From Nitrosococcus oceani ATCC 19707 (lineage in GTDB: Bacteria > Pseudomonadota > Gammaproteobacteria > Nitrosococcales > Nitrosococcaceae): a stretch of 32,000 nucleotides of DNA. Made by a program: the position numbers and the translations under genes. This document shows, one piece after another, positions 17,909 through 27,120 of the stretch. Positions within the stretch are counted from its first letter, which is position 1; each line of letters begins with the position of its first letter. The stretch covers positions 3,060,001 through 3,092,000 of the forward strand of contig NC_007484.1 in the NCBI RefSeq assembly GCF_000012805.1, given 5' to 3'. The notes under the pieces were generated by a model. It ran no database searches. It worked only from the letters and a program-made list of their open reading frames with translations, and was not told the origin of the DNA.

Positions 17909-18352
17909 CTACCCCGGCTCGGACCAGAAGGCCACAGCGCGGCGTAGCTGCTCAGCATGAAACGCCCGGGCTTGCGGGCCGCTTGTGGCGCCATGATAAA
18001 CTCCCACCGCATGGGCCTTGGCAAAATAGCCTGGTGCCGGCAGGCCATCGCGTCGTCTACTAATCACCAGCGAAGCAATCAGCGGCGCCCCGGCCGCTGC
18101 ATCTTCCTCGATCAACCGCTCCAGCATCATCGCCAGCCGGTGGATAGTCTGCGGCGGCTCTAGCGCCAACGCCCGCGCGGCGTCACGGTAGTACACCGGC
18201 ACACCGCTGCCGGCGACTGTTTTGAGATAGACGCGCAAGACATCACTAGCCGTCACAAGCGGTATCCCAGGAATAAAAATTGAAGCATTATCACCTCTTG
18301 CCCCTATGGGGCAGCGTATAGAAAAGCTGATATGGCCATCGCCAGGGGGCAA
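17909..18352 (-). CDS. Hypothetical protein, possibly winged-helix-like; start uncertain
   Basis: 147-aa ORF with a TTG track start. The segment PLIASLVISRRRDGLPAPGYF loosely resembles the recognition-helix/wing region of MGMT/ATL-like wHTH domains. No catalytic motif was recognised. Confidence 0.45.
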   Translation of the reverse strand: MPPGDGHISFSIRCPIGARGDNASIFIPGIPLVTASDVLRVYLKTVAGSGVPVYYRDAARALALEPPQTIHRLAMMLERLIEEDAAAGAPLIASLVISRRRDGLPAPGYFAKAHAVGVYHGATSGPQARAFHAEQLRRAVAFWSEPG

Positions 18353-18519
18353 TAGCCTCGTACCGCCCCGCGCTGCTCATCGTGGATGCTAAAGTAATCC
18401 TTATCAGACTGATATTGGGATGGGAAATGTTGCAGCCATGGGCTTTATTTGTCGCAGTGTATCCCATAATCTTGTCCTACATTCTTTTGCATCTATTAAC
18501 CCCACATTAAGGAATCGGC

Positions 18520-19791
18520 ATGAAACTTGAGACTATTGCGCTGCATGCAGGCTTTAGCGGCGACCCCACCACTAATGCTGCGACCACACCCATTTACCAA
18601 ACGACCTCTTTTACCTTTGATGACACTCAGCACGGCGCCGATCTATTCGACCTAAAGGTCCAGGGTAATATTTACTCGCGGATCATGAACCCCACCAACG
18701 GGGTACTCGAAGAACGCTTGGCCCAGCTCGAGGGTGGCGTGGGCGCGCTGGCGGTAGCCTCCGGGATGTCAGCCACCACCTACGCGCTCCAAACAATCTG
18801 CCGCACGGGTAATAACATTGTCAGCACCAGTCAGGTTTATGGTGGCACCTACAATCTGTTTGCCCACACCTTGCCCAACCAGGGCATCAATGTACGCTTT
18901 GCCAAACACGACGACTTGGACACGGTTGAGGCGGCTATCGATGAGAACACCCGTGCCCTATTTTGTGAGTCCATTGGTAACCCCGCAGGCAATGTGGTCG
19001 ACATTCAAAAGTGGGCCGAGATCGCCCATGCCCATGGTCTGCCATTGATTGTTGATAACACCGTGGCTACCCCCTTCCTATGCCGCCCCTTTGAGCATGG
19101 TGCGGACATCATCGTCCACGCCTTGACCAAGTACATGGGCGGCCACGGCACCACTATCGCCGGTGCGGTGGTTGATTCGGGCAAATTTGATTGGACTGCG
19201 AACGCTGATAAATTTCCCATGCTTAACGAACCCGATCCCTCCTACCACGGTGTGGTCTACACGGAGGCCCTCGGTCCCGCCGCCTTTATCGGCCGCTGTC
19301 GCGTGGTGCCTTTGCGCAACACCGGCGCCGCGTTATCGCCTTTCAACGCCTTTTTGATTATGCAGGGCCTGGAAACCCTCGGCCTGCGTATGGAGCGTCA
19401 CTGCGAGAACAGCGAAAAGGTCGCCAACTACCTGCAGAATCATGACAAGGTCGCGTGGGTCAACTACGCCACACTGGATGACAGTCCTTACAAAGCCACT
19501 TGCGATAAGATCTGTGGCGGCCGCGCCTCGGGCATTCTCAGCTTTGGCATTAAAGGGGGCATTGAGGGCGGTACCCGCTTTATCGATGCCCTGCAGATGA
19601 TTTACCGTTTGGTTAATATCGGCGATGCCAAGACATTGGCCTGCCACCCAGCCTCAACAACCCACCGCCAACTCAACGAAGAAGAGTTGGCCTCGGCAGG
19701 TGTGAGCAAGGATTTAGTGCGCCTGTCCATTGGCATCGAGCACATCGATGATATCATCGCCGACCTCGAACAGGCCCTGGCCCAGGTGTAA
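18520..19791 (+). CDS. metY: O-acetylhomoserine (thiol)-lyase / sulfhydrylase, PLP-dependent Cys/Met-metabolism family
   Basis: 423 aa. It has the typical N-terminus (ETIALHAG...TPIYQTTSFTF, GNIYSRIMNPT), PLP-lysine motif HALTKYMGGHG, and LVNIGDAKTLACHPASTTH. Confidence 0.92.
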   Translation: MKLETIALHAGFSGDPTTNAATTPIYQTTSFTFDDTQHGADLFDLKVQGNIYSRIMNPTNGVLEERLAQLEGGVGALAVASGMSATTYALQTICRTGNNIVSTSQVYGGTYNLFAHTLPNQGINVRFAKHDDLDTVEAAIDENTRALFCESIGNPAGNVVDIQKWAEIAHAHGLPLIVDNTVATPFLCRPFEHGADIIVHALTKYMGGHGTTIAGAVVDSGKFDWTANADKFPMLNEPDPSYHGVVYTEALGPAAFIGRCRVVPLRNTGAALSPFNAFLIMQGLETLGLRMERHCENSEKVANYLQNHDKVAWVNYATLDDSPYKATCDKICGGRASGILSFGIKGGIEGGTRFIDALQMIYRLVNIGDAKTLACHPASTTHRQLNEEELASAGVSKDLVRLSIGIEHIDDIIADLEQALAQV

Positions 19792-19810
19792 GTCCAGTCC
19801 ACTCAGCTCT

Positions 19811-19838
19811 AAAAAGGCCACCCAAAGGTGGCCTTTTT
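19811..19838. terminator. Bidirectional Rho-independent terminator between convergent metY and the ypfJ-like gene
   Basis: aaaaa-ggccacc(19816-19822)-caaa-ggtggcc(19827-19833)-ttttt: a perfect 7-bp GC-rich stem with an A-run on one side and a T-run on the other. Confidence 0.75.
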
Positions 19839-19937
19839 ATGGAGGTTATAAATCAAAACAACAGGCTACCTTCTCAACTGACCCCACCTTCGCTTTATTG
19901 GACGCCAAAATGATTTTATCCTTTGTGATTACAGCGT

Positions 19938-20870
19938 TCACTGCCAGTTTGCGCCGAATGTATTACAAGACGACACATCACCAGACGCCAGGCCGGTCCG
20001 GAACCAATGCACTCTTTGCGCTGAGGTCCCGTGAGTAAAAGATTCCGGGGTAATATAGCCTTGACTCCGCTTCTGCAGACGATCATCGCCAATCGCACTC
20101 GCAGCTTTCAATCCTTCTTCAATATCGCCCTTTTCCAGTAATTGGCGATTACTGTCGGCATGGTGCCCCCAAATACCGGCAAAGCAATCAGCCTGTAACT
20201 CCTGGAGCACGGATAATTTATTGACCTCAGCCTTGCTCCGCCCCTGTTTAGCCTTCATAACCCTGGCGGAGATGCCAAATAAAGTCTGCACATGGTGGCC
20301 GATTTCGTGCGCAATGACATAGGCCTGGGCAAAATCCCCAGGCACGCCATAACGGGAGCGCAGCTCATCGAAAAAGCTGAAATCAAGATACACCTTGTGA
20401 TCACCAGGGCAGTAAAAGGGTCCCATCGCTGCCTGGCCCATACCACACGCCGAATCGATCATGCCACGATAGACCACCAACCGTGGCTCCCTATAGGTTT
20501 TACCAGCTTGTGCAAACAGATTGTGCCAAGTGAGTTCGGTATCCGCCAGCACCACGGATACAAACTCCATGAGCTCCGCTTCCTCCGCTGACTGGCGTAT
20601 CTCACCACCTTCACTGGAAGAACCCGTCGTCTCAGTATGACTCACCTGGGTGCCCCCTAACAGGTCGCCAAGTTCGCCTCCGCTGAAATAGAAGTAGGCG
20701 CCGACGCCCAGAACCACCAGCAAGGTTCCTTTAATACCGAGAAACCGGATGGCTAGCGGCAGCAGTCGTATCAGCCCGCCGCCCCCCCGTCCACCGACCG
20801 CAAAACCACGCCCGGATGAACCCCGCCGGTCCTCAACGTTATCGCTCTGTCGTCTGCCCTTCCAACGCAT
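19938..20870 (-). CDS. ypfJ: YpfJ-family neutral zinc metallopeptidase (membrane-anchored)
   Basis: MRWKGRRQSDNVEDRRG matches the conserved YpfJ N-terminus (E. coli MRWQGRRESDNVEDRR). It also has a TM segment and HExxH (AHEIGHH). Start taken at ATG 20870; the track start is at 20885. Confidence 0.88.
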   Translation of the reverse strand: MRWKGRRQSDNVEDRRGSSGRGFAVGGRGGGGLIRLLPLAIRFLGIKGTLLVVLGVGAYFYFSGGELGDLLGGTQVSHTETTGSSSEGGEIRQSAEEAELMEFVSVVLADTELTWHNLFAQAGKTYREPRLVVYRGMIDSACGMGQAAMGPFYCPGDHKVYLDFSFFDELRSRYGVPGDFAQAYVIAHEIGHHVQTLFGISARVMKAKQGRSKAEVNKLSVLQELQADCFAGIWGHHADSNRQLLEKGDIEEGLKAASAIGDDRLQKRSQGYITPESFTHGTSAQRVHWFRTGLASGDVSSCNTFGANWQ

Positions 20871-21188
20871 GGCCATTCTCCTCACGCACGGCTATACAAG
20901 AATATTAGGAAGAATAAACACCCTTGTGAACCGAGACAAGTTCATCTTGCCACCCGTAGCATCGCTCTAAGCAGGTAGACTAAAGCCGTCCCCTTGCCTA
21001 CAGTAATGAAAACGACTTTGTTTTCTCAGATGCCACCCACACACGGCCATGTGGCTGTTGGACAACACGACTATAATACCCTTCCTGCACTTCAAACGTT
21101 GACGCGCGGTATTGCCATCCGATACGCAAAAAACACATCACCATTACTACACTATTTAATACACTGGATTAATGGAGGCGCTTTACAG

Positions 21189-22415
21189 GTGAATAGTGAC
21201 GGCAACATCCTGGTATTCAACAGCGGCAGTTCCTCGCTGAAGTTTCAACTATTTGAAATGGATGCAATCACACCGGCCAGTAGGGTGCGGGGAGTGGTTC
21301 GGAACCTTGGTGATGATGCAATCTGCGAATGGCTCTCCCGTGGCAAACGGGAACATACCTCTGTTTCCGCCTACGATCACGGTACCGCTGCTCGATATGT
21401 ACTCGAGTTATTAGAACATATCACCGACGCAGGCCAACCACTGCTGCATACCATTACCGCCATGGGGCACCGCATCGTCCACGGCGGCGATACCTTTACC
21501 GCCCCAATACTGCTCACGAGCCGTGCACTGACAGCCCTCGATGCCTTAAGCCCCCTGGCCCCGCTGCATAATCCGCCGGCCCTAGCAGTGGTGCGGGCAT
21601 GCCAGGAACACCTGCCGGATATCCCCATGGCAGCCGTATTCGATACGGCATTTTTCCACGAACTGCCCGATTACGTCCGTGCTTACGCGCTGCCTGCCGA
21701 ATGGAGAGAAGGATCGCGGCCGATCCGACGTTACGGTTTTCATGGACTAGCACATCGGTATATGGTCGAGCACTTCTCCACCATCCATCCGACTAACACC
21801 CCGTCGAGCAGGCTCATCACGCTGCAACTAGGCCACGGATGTTCAGTCGCCGCCCTCCGTGATGGACATCCGCTGGAAACCAGCATGGGATTCACACCCC
21901 TGGAGGGTTTGATCATGGCCACGCGGCCTGGCGATGTGGATATCGGTGTGGTGCTGCATTTGCTCGAGGGCGCCGAGGTGACGGCGAGTGAATTAAGCGA
22001 GGGTCTGAATCATCGCGCTGGCCTGCTCGGATTATCCGGTGCCAGCGCGGACATGGAGGAACTGCTGGCACTGGAAGCACGGGGGCACTCCGGCGCGCAT
22101 CTTGCTATCGAGGCATTCTGTCACCGCGCCCGCAAGTACCTGGGCGCCTATCTGGCCGTGCTCGGCGGTGCCGATGCAATCCTGTTTGGCGGCGGTATCG
22201 GCGAGCACGCGCCTGAAATCCGTGCGCGGATCTGCGCCGGACTGAACTGGTGCGGACTGGAGCTGGATACCCAAGCCAATGAAGCGGCGGCCCCGGATGG
22301 CGAGGAACGAATATCCACGGCCGATTCCCGCCTGGCGGCCTATGTGATTCCGGTCAATGAGGAAGCGCTCATCGCCCAGGATACCCGGCGGTGCCTAAGC
22401 ACGGCGCTAGTCTAA
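21189..22415 (+). CDS. ackA: Acetate kinase
   Basis: ILVFNSGSSSLKF near the N-terminus, HRIVHGG, PLHNP, FDTAFH, HLGHG-like LQLGHGCS, TSMGFTPLEG, GGIGE. Start taken at GTG 21189 with GGAGG (21174-21178) 10 nt upstream; the track ORF extends to a TTG at 20994. Confidence 0.9.
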   Translation: MNSDGNILVFNSGSSSLKFQLFEMDAITPASRVRGVVRNLGDDAICEWLSRGKREHTSVSAYDHGTAARYVLELLEHITDAGQPLLHTITAMGHRIVHGGDTFTAPILLTSRALTALDALSPLAPLHNPPALAVVRACQEHLPDIPMAAVFDTAFFHELPDYVRAYALPAEWREGSRPIRRYGFHGLAHRYMVEHFSTIHPTNTPSSRLITLQLGHGCSVAALRDGHPLETSMGFTPLEGLIMATRPGDVDIGVVLHLLEGAEVTASELSEGLNHRAGLLGLSGASADMEELLALEARGHSGAHLAIEAFCHRARKYLGAYLAVLGGADAILFGGGIGEHAPEIRARICAGLNWCGLELDTQANEAAAPDGEERISTADSRLAAYVIPVNEEALIAQDTRRCLSTALV

Positions 22416-22454
22416 CGTATTCACCTTTTCATCTCTAATAGAGAGGAGACGATC

Positions 22455-24869
22455 ATGGAACAAAGACTGCAAACCGAGCATGCCAAGAGCAGGATCGAGG
22501 CGAGTCCGCTGGCAGCGGACGAACTGCGCAACATGGACTGCTACTGGCGGGCGGCCAATTATCTGTCAGTAGGGCAGATCTACCTGCGGGACAATCCGTT
22601 GCTTACCGAGCCGCTCACACTGGAACACGTTAAGGCACGATTGCTCGGCCACTGGGGAACCACCCCAGGATTGAATTTCATCTACGTGCATTTGAACCGC
22701 CTAATTAAGGCGTGTGATCTCAGTATGATCTATGTGACGGGACCTGGCCACGGCGCTCCGGGGCTGGTTGCGAACACTTGGCTGGAAGGCAGTTACACCG
22801 CAGTTTATCCGAATATTCCCCAGGACGCGGTGGGCATGCAGCGGCTGTTCAAGCAGTTCTCCTTCCCGGGCGGCGTGCCGAGTCACGTCGCCCCGGAAAC
22901 GCCGGGTTCAATCAACGAAGGCGGCGAACTCGGCTATGGATTAGCCCATGCCTACGGCGCAGTGTTTGACAACCCGGACCTAATCGCCGCCTGTGTGGTG
23001 GGCGACGGCGAGGCCGAAACCGGCCCCCTCGCCACGGCCTGGCATTCCAACAAGTTTCTGAACCCCGCGCGCGACGGCGCAGTGTTGCCGATCCTGCATC
23101 TAAACGGCTACAAAATCGCTAACCCCACCGTGCTGGCGCGCATCAGCCGCGAGGATTTGGAAAGCCTGCTCATTGGCTACGGCTACCATCCCTATGTGGT
23201 TGAAGGTGACGAACCGGAACGGATGCACCAGCTAATGGCGGCCACCCTCGACCAGGTGGTTGCCGAAATCCATACGATTCAACGGGCCGCACGCAGCCAA
23301 GGCGCCACCCCCTGCCCGCGCTGGCCAATGATCATTCTGCGGACCCCGAAGGGTTGGACAGGCCCGAAGGAAGTCGATGGTAAGAAGACCGAGGGCTACT
23401 GGCGGTCGCACCAGGTACCGTTGGCCCAACTGGCTGACAAACCGGAGCACCTGCGACTGCTAGAGAAATGGATGAAGAGTTACCGTCCCGAGGAATTGTT
23501 TGACGAGCAAGGCACCCTGCGGCCGGAACTGGCGGCGCTGGCGCCACAGGGGGAGCGGCGCATGGGCGCCAATCCACACGCCAACGGCGGGCTGCTACTC
23601 AAGGATCTGCGGCTACCCGAGTTCCGGGATTATGCCGTTGACGTGAACGGTCCCGGCGCAAAGCTGGCGGAGGCGACCCGGGTTATGGGCGGCTATTTAC
23701 GCGACGTGATGAAACTGAACATGGATGGCCGGAATTTCCGCGTGATGGGACCGGACGAGACCAACTCTAACCGCCTTGATGCCTTGTTTGAGGCGACTGA
23801 TCGCACCTGGATGGCCGAAACGCTGCCAGAGGACGAGCACCTTGCGCCGGACGGCCGGGTGATGGAGATTCTCTCCGAGCACACCTGCCAGGGCTGGCTG
23901 GAAGGCTACCTGCTCACCGGCCGCCATGGCCTATTTTCCTGCTACGAGGCTTTCATTCACATTGTCGATTCCATGTTTAACCAACATGCCAAGTGGCTCA
24001 AGGTCACCGGCAAGGAAATCCCCTGGCGCCGCCCCATCGCCTCCCTCAACTACCTGCTGACCTCCCATGTGTGGCGCCAGGACCACAACGGTTTTTCACA
24101 TCAGGATCCCGGCTTCATCGATCACGTGGTGAACAAGAAGGCGGACGTGATCCGGGTTTATCTGCCACCGGACGCCAATACGCTGCTATGTGTCACCGAC
24201 CACTGCCTACGTTCGCGCAACTTCATTAACGTTATCGTCGCCGGCAAGCAACCCCAGCCCCAGTGGCTCGACATGGATGCGGCTGTCAAGCACTGCACCG
24301 CAGGCATCGGTATCTGGGAGTGGGCCAGCAATGACCAGGGCAGCGAACCGGACGTGGTGATGGCCTGCGCCGGTGACGTGCCGACCCTGGAGACCTTGGC
24401 AGCAGTGGATATCCTGCGCCGCCATCTGCCTGAACTCAAGGTACGGGTCATCAACGTGGTGGATCTCATGACCCTGCAGGACAAAGAGCAGCATCCTCAT
24501 GGACTCTCGCACAAGGACTTCGATACGATCTTTACCACCGACCAACCCATCATCTTCGCCTACCATGGTTACCCCTGGTTGATCCATCGTCTAACCTACC
24601 GGCGTACTAATCACAAAAACCTGCACGTACGCGGTTACAAGGAAGAGGGGACGACCACCACACCCTTTGATATGGTCGTCCTCAACGACATGGACCGGTT
24701 TGACCTGGTGGCAGACGTCATCGATCGCGTGCCCAAGCTGGGATCGACGGCGGCATATCTCAAGCAATGGCTCCGCGACAAACATATCGAACATAAGCAA
24801 TACATCACCAAGCACGGGGTCGACATGCCGGAAATAACGCAATGGCAATGGGGCAAGAGCAGCGATTGA
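22455..24869 (+). CDS. xfp: Xylulose-5-phosphate/fructose-6-phosphate phosphoketolase
   Basis: 804 aa with [35 protein letters not shown] and GDGEAETGP, which are phosphoketolase signatures. AGGAGA RBS present. It lies 39 nt downstream of ackA. Confidence 0.95.
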   Translation: MEQRLQTEHAKSRIEASPLAADELRNMDCYWRAANYLSVGQIYLRDNPLLTEPLTLEHVKARLLGHWGTTPGLNFIYVHLNRLIKACDLSMIYVTGPGHGAPGLVANTWLEGSYTAVYPNIPQDAVGMQRLFKQFSFPGGVPSHVAPETPGSINEGGELGYGLAHAYGAVFDNPDLIAACVVGDGEAETGPLATAWHSNKFLNPARDGAVLPILHLNGYKIANPTVLARISREDLESLLIGYGYHPYVVEGDEPERMHQLMAATLDQVVAEIHTIQRAARSQGATPCPRWPMIILRTPKGWTGPKEVDGKKTEGYWRSHQVPLAQLADKPEHLRLLEKWMKSYRPEELFDEQGTLRPELAALAPQGERRMGANPHANGGLLLKDLRLPEFRDYAVDVNGPGAKLAEATRVMGGYLRDVMKLNMDGRNFRVMGPDETNSNRLDALFEATDRTWMAETLPEDEHLAPDGRVMEILSEHTCQGWLEGYLLTGRHGLFSCYEAFIHIVDSMFNQHAKWLKVTGKEIPWRRPIASLNYLLTSHVWRQDHNGFSHQDPGFIDHVVNKKADVIRVYLPPDANTLLCVTDHCLRSRNFINVIVAGKQPQPQWLDMDAAVKHCTAGIGIWEWASNDQGSEPDVVMACAGDVPTLETLAAVDILRRHLPELKVRVINVVDLMTLQDKEQHPHGLSHKDFDTIFTTDQPIIFAYHGYPWLIHRLTYRRTNHKNLHVRGYKEEGTTTTPFDMVVLNDMDRFDLVADVIDRVPKLGSTAAYLKQWLRDKHIEHKQYITKHGVDMPEITQWQWGKSSD

Positions 24870-24991
24870 ACCTACCCTGTTCGACGTTGGTAACCTTCTT
24901 CCTGCTCTAAATAAAGGACGCGGGGGTGTTTACCACACTCAGGCGCGCCATTAAGCCACCCTGAGAGTAGCGTCAGTGGATTCCCAAGGTC

Positions 24992-26107
24992 TTAAGACCG
25001 CCTGTATTCCCTTGATGATAACTGCAAAAAATAGCCTTTCTCCCTGAGCATTTGCATCACTTCCCTGGTATTGGCCTGGGCCAGGGAGATCTCGGGACGC
25101 AGCTCCAGTCTCATGACAAACTCTAGCTTTCCAAGCATTTCCAACAATTTTCCAGGAACGCGGGAAAAATCATCCTGAGATTCCACATATAAGTAGCTAT
25201 CATTTCTTTTACAGCTTCGATAAATGGCGCAGGATTGTGCCGTTTCTTCCTCCGCTGACTCTTCTCTCCCTGTTTCCATCCATGCCCGGGTTTCAGGAAA
25301 AAAATGGGCTAGGCCCTCTAGCACTCCCGCGCTGTAATAACCGTTAAGCCCCATAAAGCCACCCCGGGCGAGATAAAGCTGCTGACTATGCTCTGGCGGG
25401 AGGCGGCGGAGAGCTTCCTGGCGCACTTCTTCCTGGGCATTGCGGACCAGAATAGCTTGGAGACCGCTAGCTAACACCTCCAGGTCGTTGCCACTATCCC
25501 CCGCAAAAACGGTATGGCTTTTATCAAAATGCTGACGCTCCATTAAAAAGCGAATGGCATGGAGTTTGTTGGCCCGCTTTGGCAGGATATCGAGCAAACC
25601 GATCTGGGCAGTTTCATCTACACTCCAAATGAAAGAAGCCTGGATTCCCTGCGCTTGTAACCGCTGGGCCAATTGGGGAATCAGATTCTCCCAATCTAGC
25701 TCCGGTGGAGCATAATAGCTGAGCTTATAGCGGTTTTGCTTTTCCGGCTCTTGCAACCGCAGTGGAGTAATGTCAGCAAAAAGTTTTGCCAGCCCAGCCT
25801 GGTTTATTCCTTGCCAATCCTGGCTGATTTCTTTACTCCAGTCTTCCCAAGGATGCCATTGATTATCCGTAATTTGATAGATAGTCGTCCCCACATCACC
25901 AATGGCAAAGTCAGGAAGAGGAAGATCATATTCTCGAATAGCGCTTTGAATGAGCGCCTTATGACGACCGCTGACATAGGCCAAAATAATGCCAGGACGC
26001 TGGGCCAATCGTTGCAGCCGAAGCCGCGCCTGGGGCGACTCCGCTTGATGGCCGTTGGGAAGCAGGGTCCGATCCAGATCAGAACAAAGCAAAATTTTTT
26101 GTTTCAC
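24992..26107 (-). CDS. HAD-IIB hydrolase (sucrose-6F-phosphate-phosphatase-like) fused to a C-terminal YcgL (DUF709) domain
   Basis: - HAD motif I SDLDRTLL (26063-26080), YVSGR, PDFAIGDVGTTIY, and motif IV GDSGNDLE (25484-25501).
- The C-terminal 79 aa (24995-25231), CAIYRSCKRNDSYLYVESQDDFSRVPGKLLEMLG...GYFLQL, aligns with E. coli YcgL ([34 protein letters not shown]...GYYLQL).
- Start taken at GTG 26107. The track ATG at 26179 would overlap the upstream gene by 59 nt. Confidence 0.8.
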   Translation of the reverse strand: MKQKILLCSDLDRTLLPNGHQAESPQARLRLQRLAQRPGIILAYVSGRHKALIQSAIREYDLPLPDFAIGDVGTTIYQITDNQWHPWEDWSKEISQDWQGINQAGLAKLFADITPLRLQEPEKQNRYKLSYYAPPELDWENLIPQLAQRLQAQGIQASFIWSVDETAQIGLLDILPKRANKLHAIRFLMERQHFDKSHTVFAGDSGNDLEVLASGLQAILVRNAQEEVRQEALRRLPPEHSQQLYLARGGFMGLNGYYSAGVLEGLAHFFPETRAWMETGREESAEEETAQSCAIYRSCKRNDSYLYVESQDDFSRVPGKLLEMLGKLEFVMRLELRPEISLAQANTREVMQMLREKGYFLQLSSREYRRS

Positions 26108-26120
26108 AGCTATTCCCGGA

Positions 26121-27005
26121 TTAAGTCTGGAAACTGGAGTTTCTCTCCCCTTGGGTATCCAGACGTTCATATTCTGCAATTACCTGAGCGCCAAACAGCA
26201 CAATAATCGCTGCTGCTTCCAAGCTCAATAGAATCATCACCACTGCTGCAAATGAGCCATAGATGATGTTAACAAAGGATAAGGTTGAAAAATACCATAC
26301 CAGTGCCTGCCGGGTGAGTTCCCATAGCAGCGTGGCTACCATCCCACCAATGAAGGCATGACGGAATACAATCCGGCCCACGGGCATAACCAGGTAAAGA
26401 GAGGTCAACAGTAAAACTTCACCCAATAAACCCACAATATAAATTCCAATGGCGTAATAACTGCCAAAGATGTTACCTAACAAAGGAACAGTGCGATCAT
26501 CCAGAGTATGCAAGGCGCTGCTCACGAGCGTCACGACAAACAACCCCAGCCCCAGAAGAAATAAATAGCAGAAGGGCAAAATTGCCGAAACCAAAAAATG
26601 GCGCCGATGAATCGCTACCCGATGAAAAAATATAACCGACATGGCATTTTCCAGCACGGTAAACGCCATTGAGCTAAAAAACAGGAGTACGAGGAACCCG
26701 ACCACGCCGATTAACTTCCAGTTTTCTAGGAACTCTGCAATTTGCTGGGTTAGAATTTCCGCCTGCCCTGGGGCAAGGAGTGCCAGATAGTCATGGGTGG
26801 CCTCCAGCAGCTGCTCTGGGTCAATGATCTGGGAAAGTCCCACTAAAATCAGCGCAAACATGGGAACCACGGATAACAAAGCGTAATAAGCAATGGCCCC
26901 CGCCAGTAATAACCCTTGGTTGGCGCGAAATCCGCTAATAACCCGCGACAGAAAACACAGCGGCTGGGCGAGAATAAATTGGACTCGGCGTGAAAGATCC
27001 CTCAT
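26121..27005 (-). CDS. YihY/BrkB (virulence factor BrkB / formerly RNase BN) family inner-membrane protein
   Basis: 294 aa, polytopic, with the family-typical LLAGAIAYYALLSVVPMFALIL near the N-terminus and YGSFAAVVMILLSLEAAAIIVLFGA near the C-terminus. Confidence 0.88.
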   Translation of the reverse strand: MRDLSRRVQFILAQPLCFLSRVISGFRANQGLLLAGAIAYYALLSVVPMFALILVGLSQIIDPEQLLEATHDYLALLAPGQAEILTQQIAEFLENWKLIGVVGFLVLLFFSSMAFTVLENAMSVIFFHRVAIHRRHFLVSAILPFCYLFLLGLGLFVVTLVSSALHTLDDRTVPLLGNIFGSYYAIGIYIVGLLGEVLLLTSLYLVMPVGRIVFRHAFIGGMVATLLWELTRQALVWYFSTLSFVNIIYGSFAAVVMILLSLEAAAIIVLFGAQVIAEYERLDTQGERNSSFQT

Positions 27006-27120
27006 ACCTTGTCAGTCTGCAAATTTATTGCAACGGTTCTCCTCCTTGCGAGGCAGATGTTAATAAAGACAGCGACACCAAACAATAATACTTCACTCCT
27101 AACTGTATCACCCACTCAAT

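Noticed and set aside
18353-18519. Possible SAM-type riboswitch upstream of metY
   Set aside because: I could not identify any conserved SAM-I, SAM-II or SAM/SAH core elements in the 167-nt leader by eye. A covariance-model search would be needed, so no call is made.
20994-21188. 65-codon upstream extension of the ackA ORF from a TTG
   Set aside because: Acetate kinases start a few residues before the xLVxNxGSSSxKF motif. GTG 21189 with a GGAGG 10 nt upstream fits that pattern. The extension is likely leader sequence within the roughly 300-bp divergent promoter region.
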